A DNA stretch of 63,027 nucleotides, counting the filler, from Hyphochytrium catenoides (Eukaryota; Protista; Hyphochytriomycota): assembly GCA_900088475.1 (NCBI GenBank). It is 6 parts of 6 records of this genome, joined end to end, with 100 filler letters (N's around TTAATTAATTAA, not from the genome) between each part and the next. Parts side by side here need not be neighbours in the genome. Positions count along the whole stretch, not along the records: positions 1 to 20,150 come from FLMG01004402.1; 5 more parts are not named here. One strand, given 5' to 3'. The notes beneath the pieces are model-generated. The model did no database searches, was not told the origin of the DNA, and saw nothing but the letters and a program-made list of their open reading frames with translations. This document shows positions 1-12,844 of this stretch, piece by piece. Made by a program: the position numbers and the translations under genes. How positions within the stretch are numbered: position 1 is the first letter of the stretch; the number at the start of each line of letters is the position of its first letter.

Positions 1-599
1 GAGAGAGAGAGAGAGAGAAAGTAAGTGTGAGAGAGAGGAGACAGACGCACCAGACTAGCGGAAGATATAGTAGGATAGTATGTGGAGACCTCTGCAAGTT
101 GGTAATAGGAGGAAGAAGGGACCTGCTCTCTATTCTTTTATGTCCTCTACTTTCGTTCAATCTGGCGGGTCGTCTACATTCTTGACTTGCTAACCTTAGA
201 ACTACAACGGTCTGTCCCTGCTGCTGTTACCCGGTGAAGGCATCAGAAACCTAGGGACGCTTCGTTTCTGCTTTCAAATCGATGTAATCCCATCATCTTC
301 CTTAATAATTGATGTCGTGCTCTTCCCCTTGATCGTGCGCTGAGGATGCTCTTGGTTTCCTCAGAAGAGCAAACCTATCGTTTCAGCATTCATAGGATAA
401 ACATTCGTAGGAAGGAGGGGCAGAAGAGTGAGGATAAGCCATCATCCAACCAGCAGCACGTCTTAGCGCCAGCAGCAGATGAAGAAGAAGAGGAGGAGCG
501 ATAAACCTGTCATCGGCTCCTCAGCTGTTCCTCTTTTTCTCAGCTATATCCTCTTACAAACCGCCGGCACCACATGAATCTTTACATTGCTTTCTTGAT

Positions 600-1250
600 C
601 CTCATGTTCTAGGCGGAGTATTAGAACGTAGTTACTTTGGCAGATGATGCTCGTTACAATTATTAGACAAGAGGTGGGCAGCATACACAACCTCGTATTT
701 GACCGTATTTAGCAGCATGACGTTAGAAAGAAGACATTCGCAAAGACAATGGGCACCGCAAGTGGGGAAATCCTCGGCCATGTCTCTAACGGCGTAATGA
801 CGAAGGTGATGCGGGAACAAGAAGAAGGAAGAATGTCTCCACCGAAAAGCAGAAGTAAGACGCAAGCTCACGATTGCTTTGGTTCTTGCTGTGCCATCCT
901 CACGCGGCATATTATATAATAATACACCTGTTGTCCTCTTGTAACACGCAACAAACGGTGTCGCTTTTGATCATCTATGCGGGACTCAGCCATCCCTATG
1001 GCTCCAGAGTCTTCGGGAGAAATGACAGATGGTTGCAATCTGAAGTAGTAGTTATCGTACGTCACCAGGTAGGTGCTTTGGCAAGCCTGAAGTACATAAG
1101 GAGAGAGGTTAGTGGCACCTATAGGCAGATACTTGATTGGAAGTAAGTACGCGACCGCACCACCTCTGGACATACATCACACTTATTCTTCGCTGTGGGT
1201 TCTCATGTTTCGTCAGCTTGTCCACATCTCCAAAACAGCACTTTGGACCC
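600..1250 (-). mobile_element. Heavily degenerate piggyBac-like transposase relic (tentative)
   Basis: Minus-strand fragments occur in piggyBac motif order but across frameshifts and stops: RGGAVAYLLPIK...YVLQACQSTYLV, TYDNYY (cf. DNYFTS), GAIGMA, QEDNRCIII (cf. WxDNKxV), KYGQIRGCV (cf. YNxxMGGVD). No TIRs found. Confidence 0.3.
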
Positions 1251-2593
1251 TTCCTCCACCATCACATGTGATGTCCTTCATTGAATATGTTCGCTATTTG
1301 ACTCGTCGTCAGGTTCCTTCCTCATCTTCTCTTCCATCGTCGTCTCTTCTTCTGGACACAGCTCCTTCATCATGGCGCGGCCATATTCACTCCTCCTTGC
1401 CTGTCCAACTTCAGCCATCCTCTTTCTTGTTTCAACTTAGAGCCGCTGCACATCCTAAAGTCTAGAATGATAGGAGCCTGCTGCTTGTCACAGGCTGGCA
1501 GGGTACGACAACACTCAGCATTATACCTTCTACATTGCGAGTTATTATGGGAGAGAACAAGCGTCCTACTACTCTCCTGAAGCCCTCTTCCTCCGATGAC
1601 CCCACGCTCGTTGGCTCGCTGTGCCAGTGTAAGAGGACTCAAGAGTAGCAGCAGCGATGGCTGGTTTCCTTTCGTTCTCTCCTCTCTGACTCAGACAATC
1701 GTTGGCAGAAAGCCGTGTGCATTCCTAATCCGTCTATAAATCTATGGGTTATATTGGAATAAAACTGAGTTATATTCCTAAACCTACGTCCGTTACGGTT
1801 TTTGAACTTGTACCCCCTAAAAATGGTCGGTCACCAGGAGGAGGAAACGACTCACAGAGGAAGAGGCAGACGAAGGGACAGGGAGAAGAAGAAACGGAGA
1901 AGAGGCTAGGAACTAGGAGAAGAGAGGAGAATGACCCTTCCCGACCTAACCCCATCCCTTCTACCTTTTTCTTCTCTTGCCTTTTAGTCGTGTGCACCAC
2001 CACCAGCATCACCGCCATTGATGACCGAAGTAGTGGTTCATCGTTTGTGGCCAACCTGCTACAGGAGGGGAGTGCTGCTACCTTTCTGATGAGACTGTTC
2101 AAACCTTGTCGGTCGGGCCTTCTCTCCCCAAAACTAGAAGAAGAGTCTGCTTCCCCTTGGCTGTTGTGCTTCCTTACGTTTAGAAACAGACCTGTCGGCG
2201 TCTCCGCCGACGCCCTAGTCGAGATGTAGTCCCTTCTCTTACTACTCAGTATCAGACACAAGCGCGGACTTTGGTTCCTCTATTGTCTCATATTGAGGGA
2301 AGAACTCATCCCCCTGTTAGAGCAGCGACACACTGATAGAAGAGTAGACAAGTCGCCCAACGAGTACGATAGACATCAGACCAGCATTTGTTGTTGGTGA
2401 CGAATCTTTTCAAAGATAAGACCGCCAATCTCCAAAAGCTTCCTCGTGTCATCGTGATGCTGGCTGCAATCTCTTTTCGGCCATAGCAGCAGGGATGACC
2501 ATGGCATAGTACAGCTTCATTCACCCATAAGCCTGCAGCAGAGAGGAAGATATCTACGTTGTTCCCCGGTAGAGCTCATCGAGGTTCTAAAGC

Positions 2594-4024
2594 ATGGCAC
2601 CTGTTCCATCTCCTAATGGCTCTCACGCTGTTGACAGCAGCAACGCAGCGCTACTCCTGGCTCAGCCGCTGATAAATTATCTTCGGGGCCAACCTCTTCT
2701 TAATGAAGTGGCGTTGAAGTGCATGGACGATCTTATGGTAGAGCTCAAGTGTGCGCTTACTCGTGCACCCTCTTATTATCCAGCGCAAGTAATCAAAGTC
2801 AGGACCAAAATGGTAAACCCGGAGACAGATGACAGCAGATCTTCGTCTTCGTGCACTGAGGATAGCAGTGAGAAGGATAGTAGCAGCAGTCGGCGAGGGC
2901 GAGTTAGGCCGATGCAGCCCCCATCGTTATCGTCAGTTCCTATCTCATCCACAGGAATCGTCCTGGGCACTTCACAAGCAAGAACAGGCGGCCATCAAGA
3001 CCAGTCACAGAGTGGGCCGTGGCAGAGGCAGCGTCGAAGGAGGATACTGATGGCAGTAGATATCTTTACGGAGTTGGATGATAGGGAAAGCAGGCAATCA
3101 ACGATGGAAAGGTATCTGGGCAAAGACTTTTTGCGGTGGTTCTCCAACAAGCAAAAGAAGGCCAAGTTGCTTTTGCAACTAGTAACAGTGCTATCACGAG
3201 TGCTCTTCCTGCCGTTTTTGACATTGCCTCACGCCGGTATGGTGGGACCACTGCTTGGTGCCTCATGCAGCTTCTTCACCCTGCTGGACACGTTTTGTCA
3301 GAGCGCAATCACAAATCACTTTGTGGCCATCCGATGCCTTCGAACATTTGAGGGCTTAGTCCTGACATCGGAGCTGCTCCTCTTCTGCTCTGCCTTGGCT
3401 GGTGTGCTCTGCTTTACTCCTCCTGCGTTGGCGATGGCTCCAGCTATGTTTATCTCTGTCTGGGCGCCTATAATCTTTCGGGACGCGCATCCTGCCAACG
3501 TCAGGAAGAAGACGCGCTATCTTGCGGTTGGGTGCACTGTGCCTTTCATAGCCATTCTGGCCGTCTTATACTTTCGACTTCCCGCGGCTCAGATGTGTCC
3601 TTATCGGTTCGATTTTGAGGACGGGATGTTTATGGACCAGGTGGATAAGGACGGGCACATTGTGCAAACCAAAAAGAGTCGGTGGAGCATCTCCTTGTTA
3701 GATTTCATGCTGAACCGAGGTATGACAGTTGTGGTCTATATGGTAAAGATGACCTACCTTTCCTTTAGACATCCTGAGGACTGTGTCATCGTCAGGAGCC
3801 GTGTGCGCTTGCTAGAGCTAGTGAATAACGCCCCTGCGGCTCCTCCGTCCAGCGCTTGTCCTGCCCGCATGTCGGCTGCAGATAACATTGAGCAGAAGCA
3901 TGCGTCCTCTCATCCTCGTTGTACGAGTGACCTCGGTACTTCGTCAACTTCTAGCAGAAATGCTGGCGGAAAGCAGGCCGAAGACCTTCCAAGGGAGCTC
4001 TCGGTGACTTCATCGACGAGGTAG
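2594..4024 (+). CDS. Unknown multi-pass membrane protein, paralog A (476 aa, intronless)
   Basis: Long ATG-initiated ORF with several hydrophobic segments. Clearly homologous to 6129..7526, sharing AALLLAQPLI, RRRRILMAVDIFTELDDRES, TFEGLVLT, FRDA and SISLLDFMLNRGMT. Confidence 0.9.
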   Translation: MAPVPSPNGSHAVDSSNAALLLAQPLINYLRGQPLLNEVALKCMDDLMVELKCALTRAPSYYPAQVIKVRTKMVNPETDDSRSSSSCTEDSSEKDSSSSRRGRVRPMQPPSLSSVPISSTGIVLGTSQARTGGHQDQSQSGPWQRQRRRRILMAVDIFTELDDRESRQSTMERYLGKDFLRWFSNKQKKAKLLLQLVTVLSRVLFLPFLTLPHAGMVGPLLGASCSFFTLLDTFCQSAITNHFVAIRCLRTFEGLVLTSELLLFCSALAGVLCFTPPALAMAPAMFISVWAPIIFRDAHPANVRKKTRYLAVGCTVPFIAILAVLYFRLPAAQMCPYRFDFEDGMFMDQVDKDGHIVQTKKSRWSISLLDFMLNRGMTVVVYMVKMTYLSFRHPEDCVIVRSRVRLLELVNNAPAAPPSSACPARMSAADNIEQKHASSHPRCTSDLGTSSTSSRNAGGKQAEDLPRELSVTSSTR

Positions 4025-5466
4025 CTCTCCTCATACCATCACTACCCAGGATATGGGTAATAGGTCCATCATTGCCCTGCTCATTTTTCCCATCCTACCC
4101 CGTCAACTGCTCGTATTGTCCAAACCTCTATACATGGTCTATTATTTGCATGTGTGGCGTCCTAGCCCATGACCGCTCCGAGGATCCATCTCACGTTCTT
4201 CAGGTCGGAATAACCTAATATCTCATTTATCCCGTAACTTCAAATGTCCAGAGCGACCTCTTATGATGAGCTCCTAGTTGCACGGTGCATAGGTGGTCAT
4301 CTTCTGATGGGAAGCAGAGGTTTCAGCAGGATTCAACACTTTCTGTGCTAGGTGGAGAGCAAGGACGGAGGCATTTAGTAGACCGAGATCGGTTTGTCTC
4401 TTCCTCTCTGAGCGTGTTTTTGGCGCACATTTTTACAGCTGTAGGAATAACAAGGGTTAGACCCAAAGCAATGGCAGCTAGCTTGTCAGGGTCACGTGCA
4501 CCAACCCCAGAGAACCGTCTCCATCTCTATTGGACGGTAATGGCTTATTAATGACAGCAGCAGTAGTCTCAGCTTAGCGTCTGTCTCTTCGATGCAACAA
4601 CTGGCTGGCTGGCTTTAGGTCGCTCTTATGTTTCTTGGCTCATCGTTAGCATATTAGTGAGCAAGTCCCCCTCCAGAAAAGTTCAAGGACCGTCACTACA
4701 GCTCTAATATGGAAGAAGCAGGGCGGTAAACTTCTACGCTCTACAGTGATATTGGCTCTGCAGCAGCCAGTTGATAAGCCAAACCATCATCTTAATGATA
4801 GAGCCAGTAGCTTTGCGCTGTTATCGTCATAAGTGCCGCTTGCCTTCCTTCTTCCGATCGAAGAAGCTCGACAAGTAAAAGATGCGCCCACTTTCCTTCT
4901 TTGTTGTCCCATAGTAGCCGCGCATCGTCCGTCCTCATCCATATCCACGCTTGTTCTTGTTGGCACCTCTCCATCCTTGCAAGAGCACGTCCCTCGAACC
5001 TTCTTCTGCTGGTCCCTTCCTCCTCGCATAAATACGTAGTATTAACAAACTCTACTCTGCCGGACCTTCCCACCGCTTGCAGTTCTTCCTCCCACCTAAC
5101 GCATAGCAGCCCACAAAAGTTACGATACCCTTTCCCTCTCCTTCTCGGTCGCCCTCCTGACGTGGCCTGCTCCATGATCCTTCCTTCTTCTCCTCATGAG
5201 TGATGATGAAGGCTCCACTGCCGCCATTGCTTGCCAGTGCGGACCGGACAGGCATTCATAGACATCAAGAGCGACCATGAGTGCACTTTTCCTGCGTGCT
5301 TCCCAGCCCACTGCCAATTCAGACTTCAGCACGCCTTATTTTAAATAGACTTTAGCTACTCCTCCTCGAAATGGCTTTATCCCTGATAACCTGTCCGTTA
5401 CAGCTTGCCCCCCTCCTACTGTACCTTCATGGACCTGATGATACAGCCACAGAGAGAAAGGAGAGA

Positions 5467-5509
<43 letters not shown>

Positions 5510-6128
5510 AAGAGAGAGAAAGAGAGAGAAAGAGAGAGAAGCCAGTGAGCGCCGCCTTTGAAGGAATGACTTTGCTACGGCTCGGCTCGCCTCCCCTCCT
5601 TCGCTCTGCTCTTTCTGCTACTAATAAAAGACAGCTCATGCCGTCCTTGAATCAAAGAGCGGCAAAAGACGGGTAGCAGCAGGTGATTGCCTTCTTTCTA
5701 CTTAGTCATGGCAACCAGGGAACATCTTCTTCTGACGAAAGCTGTGTGCGGTGGGGAATAGGAAGGACACTCTTCTACTTAGGTGGGAGGCTGTGCCAGT
5801 CTAAGCTGTCCTTGTTCGACATGAGTGATGAAGATCTGCTTGCTGCAGTGTGGTTCTTAAGAGTGATTCCAGATGTCGTCGACAGGTAGAAGGAATCTGC
5901 CAAAAATCAAGGAAAGATTGTCCTCCCTCTTCTGGAGACGACTGAGACTGCTTCATCCTACCACTTAGGCGGTAATCCACTTCTCGTTACGTGGCCTGAC
6001 GTAGAGTCTAAGCGCCAACAACAAGTAGGCACTTTCGATCTCTATCTCTATTAGAGAACAGCCCTTGGCAGTCCGCCAAATGGCAGACATCTGAGGAGAG
6101 GTCCAAACATACACAGCCGTCTAGGAGC

Positions 6129-7526
6129 ATGGCACCTCCCGACTCTCAAACACTGCTGGATTGCAGTAAAGCAGCCTTACTGCTAGCTCAGCCACTGATC
6201 AAGTTTCTCCGGGGCCAACCTAGCTTGAATGTAACTGCAGTGAAGTGCTTGGCGGACCTCAGATCTGAGCTTGACACGGCGCTTAGTCGTTCGCCAACTT
6301 ATCCCTCCCACACTGTGAACCTCAGGAGCAAGAAGACTTCGCACGATCTACACGAGGATGACGAGCCTTCCATCACCGAGGGGCACGAGCAGAAAATTAG
6401 CAATGGCGCCGCCACAGTCAGTCCGTTGCCCTCATCGCATTTGCTCTCCACCAGAGCTTTGGTTCAGCCCAAGAGTGACGCCCACCATGACAAGTCAGGC
6501 TGTGAACATCGGCAGAGTAGTCAGCGTCGTCGTCGGATATTGATGGCAGTAGATATCTTCACTGAGCTTGATGATCGGGAAAGCAAGCAAACCTTGATGG
6601 AAAAGTTGTTAGGGAGAAGCTTCTACCGCGGATTTTGCAGCATTAGGAAGCGTATGAAGCTGTTCTTGCAACTGGTGACCATCGTATCGCGAGCTCTCTT
6701 TCTCCCCTCCTTAGTCGTGGCTCAGACTGGCATTCTAGGGCCCACATTCGGAGCTTCCTGTGTCGTTCTCACCTTGTTAGATGCTATCTCCCAAACTGCA
6801 GTCATCAACTATCACGTATCTCTTCGCTGTATCCAGACCTTCGAAGGTCTAGTTCTAACTACAGAGCTCTTCCTCTTCTGCGGTGCCCTGGCGGCATTAC
6901 TCTGCTTCTCTACCTTGTCCTTAGCTATTGCGCCAGCTCTCTTCGTATCGATCTGGATGCCGGTGCTTTTCCGAGACGCTTTTCCCGCTACGGTCCGAAA
7001 GAACACGCGCTATCTAGCCATTGGCTGCACGGTACCTTTCATAGCCACGCTGGCAATCTTCTACTTTCGCCTCTCGAGTTCAAAGATGTGCCCCTACCGC
7101 TTGGATCTGGAAGACGGCATTTTTATGGAGGAGTTGGACGAGAGTGGAAGGGTTCTACCTTCGACAAGGAGTCGGTGGTGGAGTATCTCCTTGTTGGACT
7201 TCATGCTAAACCGCGGCATGACCATATTAGTCTATATGACAAAGATGACCTACCTGGCTTTCCAGCATCCTCAAGACTGCGTCATTGTCAAGAGCCGCGT
7301 TCGCTTCATGGAGATGATGAACAACGCCACGGGTCGTTGCAGCGCCTGTTCGGTCCATTCTGTACAACTGGCGCAGGGAGAGAAGCAACAAATAACTCAT
7401 AGAGAAAGAGAGCGAAAGCCTGCCTCTACTTCGCCTTCACACTACGCGGGTCCCCCGCTTTTCACCCGAGGAACAGAAGTACCATCCATACCAGGAAGTG
7501 CCATGCCGCTTCCTACGCCAAAATAA
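6129..7526 (+). CDS. Unknown multi-pass membrane protein, paralog B (465 aa, intronless)
   Basis: Long ORF and tandem paralog of 2594..4024. Shared peptides show many synonymous differences, which indicates purifying selection. Confidence 0.9.
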   Translation: MAPPDSQTLLDCSKAALLLAQPLIKFLRGQPSLNVTAVKCLADLRSELDTALSRSPTYPSHTVNLRSKKTSHDLHEDDEPSITEGHEQKISNGAATVSPLPSSHLLSTRALVQPKSDAHHDKSGCEHRQSSQRRRRILMAVDIFTELDDRESKQTLMEKLLGRSFYRGFCSIRKRMKLFLQLVTIVSRALFLPSLVVAQTGILGPTFGASCVVLTLLDAISQTAVINYHVSLRCIQTFEGLVLTTELFLFCGALAALLCFSTLSLAIAPALFVSIWMPVLFRDAFPATVRKNTRYLAIGCTVPFIATLAIFYFRLSSSKMCPYRLDLEDGIFMEELDESGRVLPSTRSRWWSISLLDFMLNRGMTILVYMTKMTYLAFQHPQDCVIVKSRVRFMEMMNNATGRCSACSVHSVQLAQGEKQQITHRERERKPASTSPSHYAGPPLFTRGTEVPSIPGSAMPLPTPK

Positions 7527-10500
7527 TAAGCTTTCAATCTTCTTCTTACGTGCGCGAGGAGTGTGGACGCAAATTCACATTCTTGAATAGATGTACCAAG
7601 GTTAAGTTCAGTGTGGCCGCTGCTTTACTTAGACCTCCTTCATAGTTAGCCTAGTTCTGAATCCCACAGCTTGATATGCCCAGGCTATATATATAACACG
7701 CACATAATAGATCTTTGCTTTGTCTTGGCGGATGATTGCCGCTTCTTGCCTGTATCTCTACATAGTCCTTGGGAACTATTGTCAACAACAGCAACAGCAG
7801 CCAGCAGCCAGTCTTCTATTGATATCAAAGCTACAGTACCACGAATAATGCTGATATCCGTGTAATGACTAGCGAAGCAGGAGAGGACAGAGAACAGTTG
7901 CATTATCAGCCTTGTCCAAGGGTCAGCAGCACAGCGTATGTCAGGAAGTCTATCTATTACTTATCAGCCTCACTCTCTCGGCCATTTCCCCCTAGCCCTG
8001 GAATGTATGTCATCATATCAAGTTTCTTTCTTTGATCACTTTCAGTTTACCAGGCTAGACGCTGAAGAGCGCCGAACTGCTACCGTAGTGTAACAGGAGG
8101 AGAAGTCCAAAGAGCAAGAGCGCGATGCACATCCTCCTTGCCCTCCCCAGCAAGGGTAAGATGGACCCTATCAGGGCTTAGAAAGTGGTGGAGAAGAGAC
8201 ACTAGTGCAGACGACAACTAAGATCTCTTCAACGATGATCATAGAGGAAGCACAACACTTCTCTCCAGAGGGTGCCAAAAGAACAGAAGCTTAGAGCTGT
8301 AGGAGAGCTGGTGCACAAGCCAAAGACCGACCCAAGAAGGAGGAGAAGCAGGCACTCCCGTCAGAGAAGAAGACGTCATCATGACAACACTACAGCCAAA
8401 GTAAAGGAGAAATCTTGCTTAGCTTTCCCCTCGGGCACCACTAGGTCACAAATATTCCTAGCTTGAAAGGAGCTCTATTACTGAAAAAATTGGCAAGGGT
8501 AAGAGGGAGGCCCATCGCCGGTGTGGTCAGGGGAAGGAAATCTCTCTCAACCGGATGGCATAGAGGTAGAAGCACGTACAAAGTGGCTCAAGAGCTTTGC
8601 CATCGTAAGAAGATCACGCAGTTTTGGGACCGTCAAGCGGTTTCTAGGGGCTAGCAAGCCAGCCCAGGAGCTCCCCAAGCGCGTGGTTACCTCGTCCAGT
8701 TCGGACTCAAAAAATAGAGGAGCATTAAGCAGGGTAAGGCAGCAGAGGTGTCGGAACATATGTATAAGAGGATGGAGCTGGATATTTGCGCGGGGACCGG
8801 CTGGGATGGCAAGCTCCAGCATGAGGGAGGAACGGTTGTCAAACAAGACGGAGCTGACCTAGCTCCTCTCCCAGCAGGAGAAGAGGATAGTAGACAATGA
8901 GCCGAGAAAGGACGAGCCCGCTGCCCAAGCTGAAAGGGCAAAACTAGAATCCAACTACTCTTCGTAGCCAACGAAATCCCCTAGTAAGGGTCTGATAACT
9001 GAAGCGGAACAGCTAGGTGACGCATAGAACGATAGGACCAGCAATAAATGATAGTCAAGTGACGCCAGCAACAACAAGAAGAAGGGAGAAATCGTTACAT
9101 CAAGGCTCCGCGTACGGAAGCTTCAGGCCCAGCGGGCCCGATTCACGGCACATCAAGTCGCGAGGCTGTCAGCCCTGAGATCTTGCCTATGCGGAAGCTT
9201 GAACGACAGCCCCGCGTCTTCCCTTTCTTGCTTTACCTACCTCTTCTGGACTTCGTTTTCACACTTGGCGTCAGGAGAGTAAGAAGGGGCCTGCTGCTGC
9301 TGTGAAGCTCCTTGCGTCTCTATTGAACCACTCGATTGTTTGTGCTGTTCGTTCACCGGCTCCCTCCTCTATTCTATTTGCCTCCCTCCTGACTAAACCA
9401 CTCTCCTTCGTGGCCAAGGGATGGAAGTTGATCTTTGTGAAACCAGAGCGCGCAGCCGACTTATCTTCCTACACAGTCTTCATTCAAGGGAAGATAAAGC
9501 ACGATCTCCTCATCCGTCAATCACTTGTGGGCCCTCCCATCATGTGACAGACCTTTGCATCATTGACATTTACCTAGACAAGGGAATGTCCGCAGCGCTT
9601 CCTTCTTCTTTCAGATGATGTTCTGACTGGCCTGGGGCAACTATCTGCAGCTCCGATCTTCAGTCCTACTGAGAGCGGCATGTGGCGCATTCTGAAGCTT
9701 TTCTATGAAGATTCTTGCCGCTTCGTCCTCACGGCGCCGCCGCTCCTACGCCGCTCCTACATGTATGGAAGTTGGATTCACCCAGCGTACGACTATGTAC
9801 CATTGAGTCTGTGCGGTGGGTGTATCCCACCTGCTGCCCGCCTCTTGTAACCCTTGCCACACAGGCCGTTTTCACTCGAATCAATAGAACCTCTCTCCTT
9901 GGACCAACCACCATATCCATACGGCATTACAATAAAGTTCGTTTAGACAAGTCATATGGAGTTGAAGCTCTACAAGCTCTGTGCATAGGATGAGAGGGAA
10001 GAAGAAGAAGGAAGAAAAGCTTGTTTGTTTGATGATCGCTTGTTCTTCTTACTTCCTCCTCCTTACTTACTGTTGATGTTCTGGAGCGGTCGATGGCTGT
10101 CTAGCTGGATGGGGAACACTGCCGCTCTTCTAGACTAAAGCCTTTAGATGAGGAGGCAAGAGAAGGTCATCGGAACTTTGTGCGTTGACAGGGCGAAGGC
10201 TGACGATGGGGTTCGTAGAGGGAAGTAGAAGAAGGCAGAAGGATGATCAGATGCACAGCGAAGCAAGGAAGAGTGTTTATTTGTACCGACGAAAGGAGGA
10301 GACTACAGCTGTTTGTGACAGCGGTGCGGTTGCTGTCAGGCGGAGACTATTGAGGAAGCCTTTCAGTCAACAAGCTTTCAAATTGCGAGAACTCTATCTC
10401 AGTGACCCCGCTACTGTAGGCAACCTTACCGTTACGACTGTACCATTAGATCATTGATCTTGTCTTTTGGCTTCCTTGGATCTCAAGCACAATCTTCTTA

Positions 10501-10693
10501 TTTCCCCACTGCATTAAAGAGGAGGGTTTGGAAAAGATTGTAAAGAGAAATTATAGTCTGCTGGCTGCCACATTAAGCCACTGTAGCGTAGTTGCCATTG
10601 GACAGTGGCATTATCATCAGCCAGCATCACAGAGTCCCCTCAACAAAACGTCGGGACGACTGCCTCCCCCATTTAGATTTGCAGATAGCCACC

Positions 10694-11497
10694 ATGGCGA
10701 GTGAGAACAGCTACATGAGGACGGATAGCAGTAACCAAATAGCAATCCAAGCTGCCACCGTAGTACCAGAAGCCGCTGACCAGAACCTTCACAAGGAAGA
10801 AGACACAAGCGCCAAACCACAAGCGGAGGAGGATGAGATGTTCTTCGACCCTGATCAGCCAAAGGGTTATAAGAAAGGTCTCTCCTCACGTCCCAGAAAG
10901 TTCTTACGACGAATTTGCCAGGCAATGGTGGACTTGATGAATACTGGGATACCAAAGATTTCTACGGAAGAGCTGTATGACTTAGTGCATACCCGTAAAG
11001 CTCACATCACGGACCAGAAGCACTATCTGCTGGTTGACGCCCGCCGCGAAGAAGAGTTTGCGGGAGGGCACATTATGGGAGCTGTCAACCACACGCCACC
11101 AAAGAACTTTTTGATGTCCCTCAAGCAGGGACTGTCTCGTATCCCGGAGGAGCAGGAACTCAATAAGTGCAGCCAATGTCCTAAATCCTTGCCCAACAAC
11201 TTTGATGGTATGGCTGAAGCGGTGAACAAAGATTCTATCCTCGTGGTAATATATGACGACATGGGGCTTCGAGGAGGAATTCTAACTAGAAGACTCAGAT
11301 CCCAAGGCTACAAGAGAGCAACTGTTCTGCGAGGGTCCTTCTACAAGTGGGTCGATGAAAACAGGCCACTATGTTCCCGTCCTAACACTGGCGGGCCTGC
11401 AAAGGTCGTTCCTGAGCATGCTCCTGGAGCGACTCTTGTGAGAAGTGAAAAGCGGACGTGGTCCCCGTGGGAGCGTCTAGGGTTGAGAAGAAAATAG
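10694..11497 (+). CDS. Rhodanese-like domain protein (active-site Cys replaced by Asp)
   Basis: ATG lies in a GCCACCATGG context at 10694. Motifs: ISTEEL, LLVDARREEEFAGGHIMGAVN, VVIYDDMGLRG, LRSQGYKRATVLRGSFYKW. Confidence 0.85.
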   Translation: MASENSYMRTDSSNQIAIQAATVVPEAADQNLHKEEDTSAKPQAEEDEMFFDPDQPKGYKKGLSSRPRKFLRRICQAMVDLMNTGIPKISTEELYDLVHTRKAHITDQKHYLLVDARREEEFAGGHIMGAVNHTPPKNFLMSLKQGLSRIPEEQELNKCSQCPKSLPNNFDGMAEAVNKDSILVVIYDDMGLRGGILTRRLRSQGYKRATVLRGSFYKWVDENRPLCSRPNTGGPAKVVPEHAPGATLVRSEKRTWSPWERLGLRRK

Positions 11498-12844
11498 TTA
11501 GTCAAGGACCACCTTTCTCCTCTAGTGTGGATGCAAACCAAACCAATTGCTGTTCCTGCTATCATCGATTCATCCAGTTTCTTCAGGGCCAGGAAAGGAA
11601 ATAATAAGCCCCTGTCTTGCTCCTCATCCCAGCATCGGCGGAGCCAAGAGAGTTCTTTGATGCTTACCATATAAATGACAAACCTAGACTAAGGCAGGAC
11701 AACTATTTTTCTTGCTCTTCTGGGGCTTAGCACTATAACTTATGCTTTATAAAACCATCATCAAACTTCAAACTAGAAGCAGCAAAGGTGCAACACGATG
11801 TATTATTCGTCAAGGCGTAGACGAGATAGGTGCTGCACGAGATACGTTGAACGTGTTGCAGCCGCCACCTGTGCTATGATGGCTACTTTCACGAGATACT
11901 TTACCACCAGCAACAAGTTCTTCTTGTTGCAGAGTAGCTTACCTACATACACACCCACACTCAACAACATTCATCAACGACGAAGCAGCAGCATCATCTT
12001 CTTCCGGATGGAGGACGGCGGCACAACTGGTAGTGTTTCTTCGAGTCTCTCTTCACTTCGTATGTTGCCAGAGTATAGCCTATTACTACTTAATCACCAT
12101 GCCTGATCTTACATATATACTTCAGCATCTTCATCAACATTATCAACAACCGCGAAGGAAGAGCTGGGAACCGTTAGCGGCTTTCTGAAACATTCCGGTA
12201 ATCAGGAACTTATCAATGACCCGCCTACTACTAGTCAGTTGGTCACCAACCAATTGGGCCATTACAAGAGAGAAATCCCTTATGATTACCTCTTGTGGAC
12301 AAGATGAAAGGGCCAGAAGAAGTTCTATGAAGTTCCGTACTACCACCGCCAGGCGGGGCTATTACTACCGCCGCCAACCTTTTCCCCATAGAGTTACTGT
12401 GAGTCTCGCGGCTAATATTATCTATGGCGTAGGGCGGCAATGGGGCTTGGCCGGGCATTTTGTGCCTTTCATCGTCTTATTACTGCAGAAGCAAGCGCTC
12501 TTACTACGACTGCAAGAGCTCCAGGTCTTCAACAGACATTTGAACTGAAGGGCAAATCAAGAGCCATCATCAGCGACATAGCCATCGCCCACCGCCCTCC
12601 TGTCTATTGACGCCCGCGTTGACGCGTCTAAGAAGACCGACAAGAGTTTTAACACTCGGTCTTTTACCAGTGGCCGCTCATCGGCACTGGCCGTGGAGGG
12701 TCAAGCTCTCCTTAGGGTTGCAAGGAGGAAGATCTGCAGACTCTGCAGATCCCGTCATCAGGGAGGCAGCGCTGCTTCAGTCCGTTGCTGAACAAGGAAG
12801 GAACTTTGTATTTGACATTCGACAACCTTATATAATCCGGAAAC

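Noticed and set aside
7671-10457. Scattered 60-110 aa ORFs
   Set aside because: No recognisable motifs and no consistent exon chain could be built.
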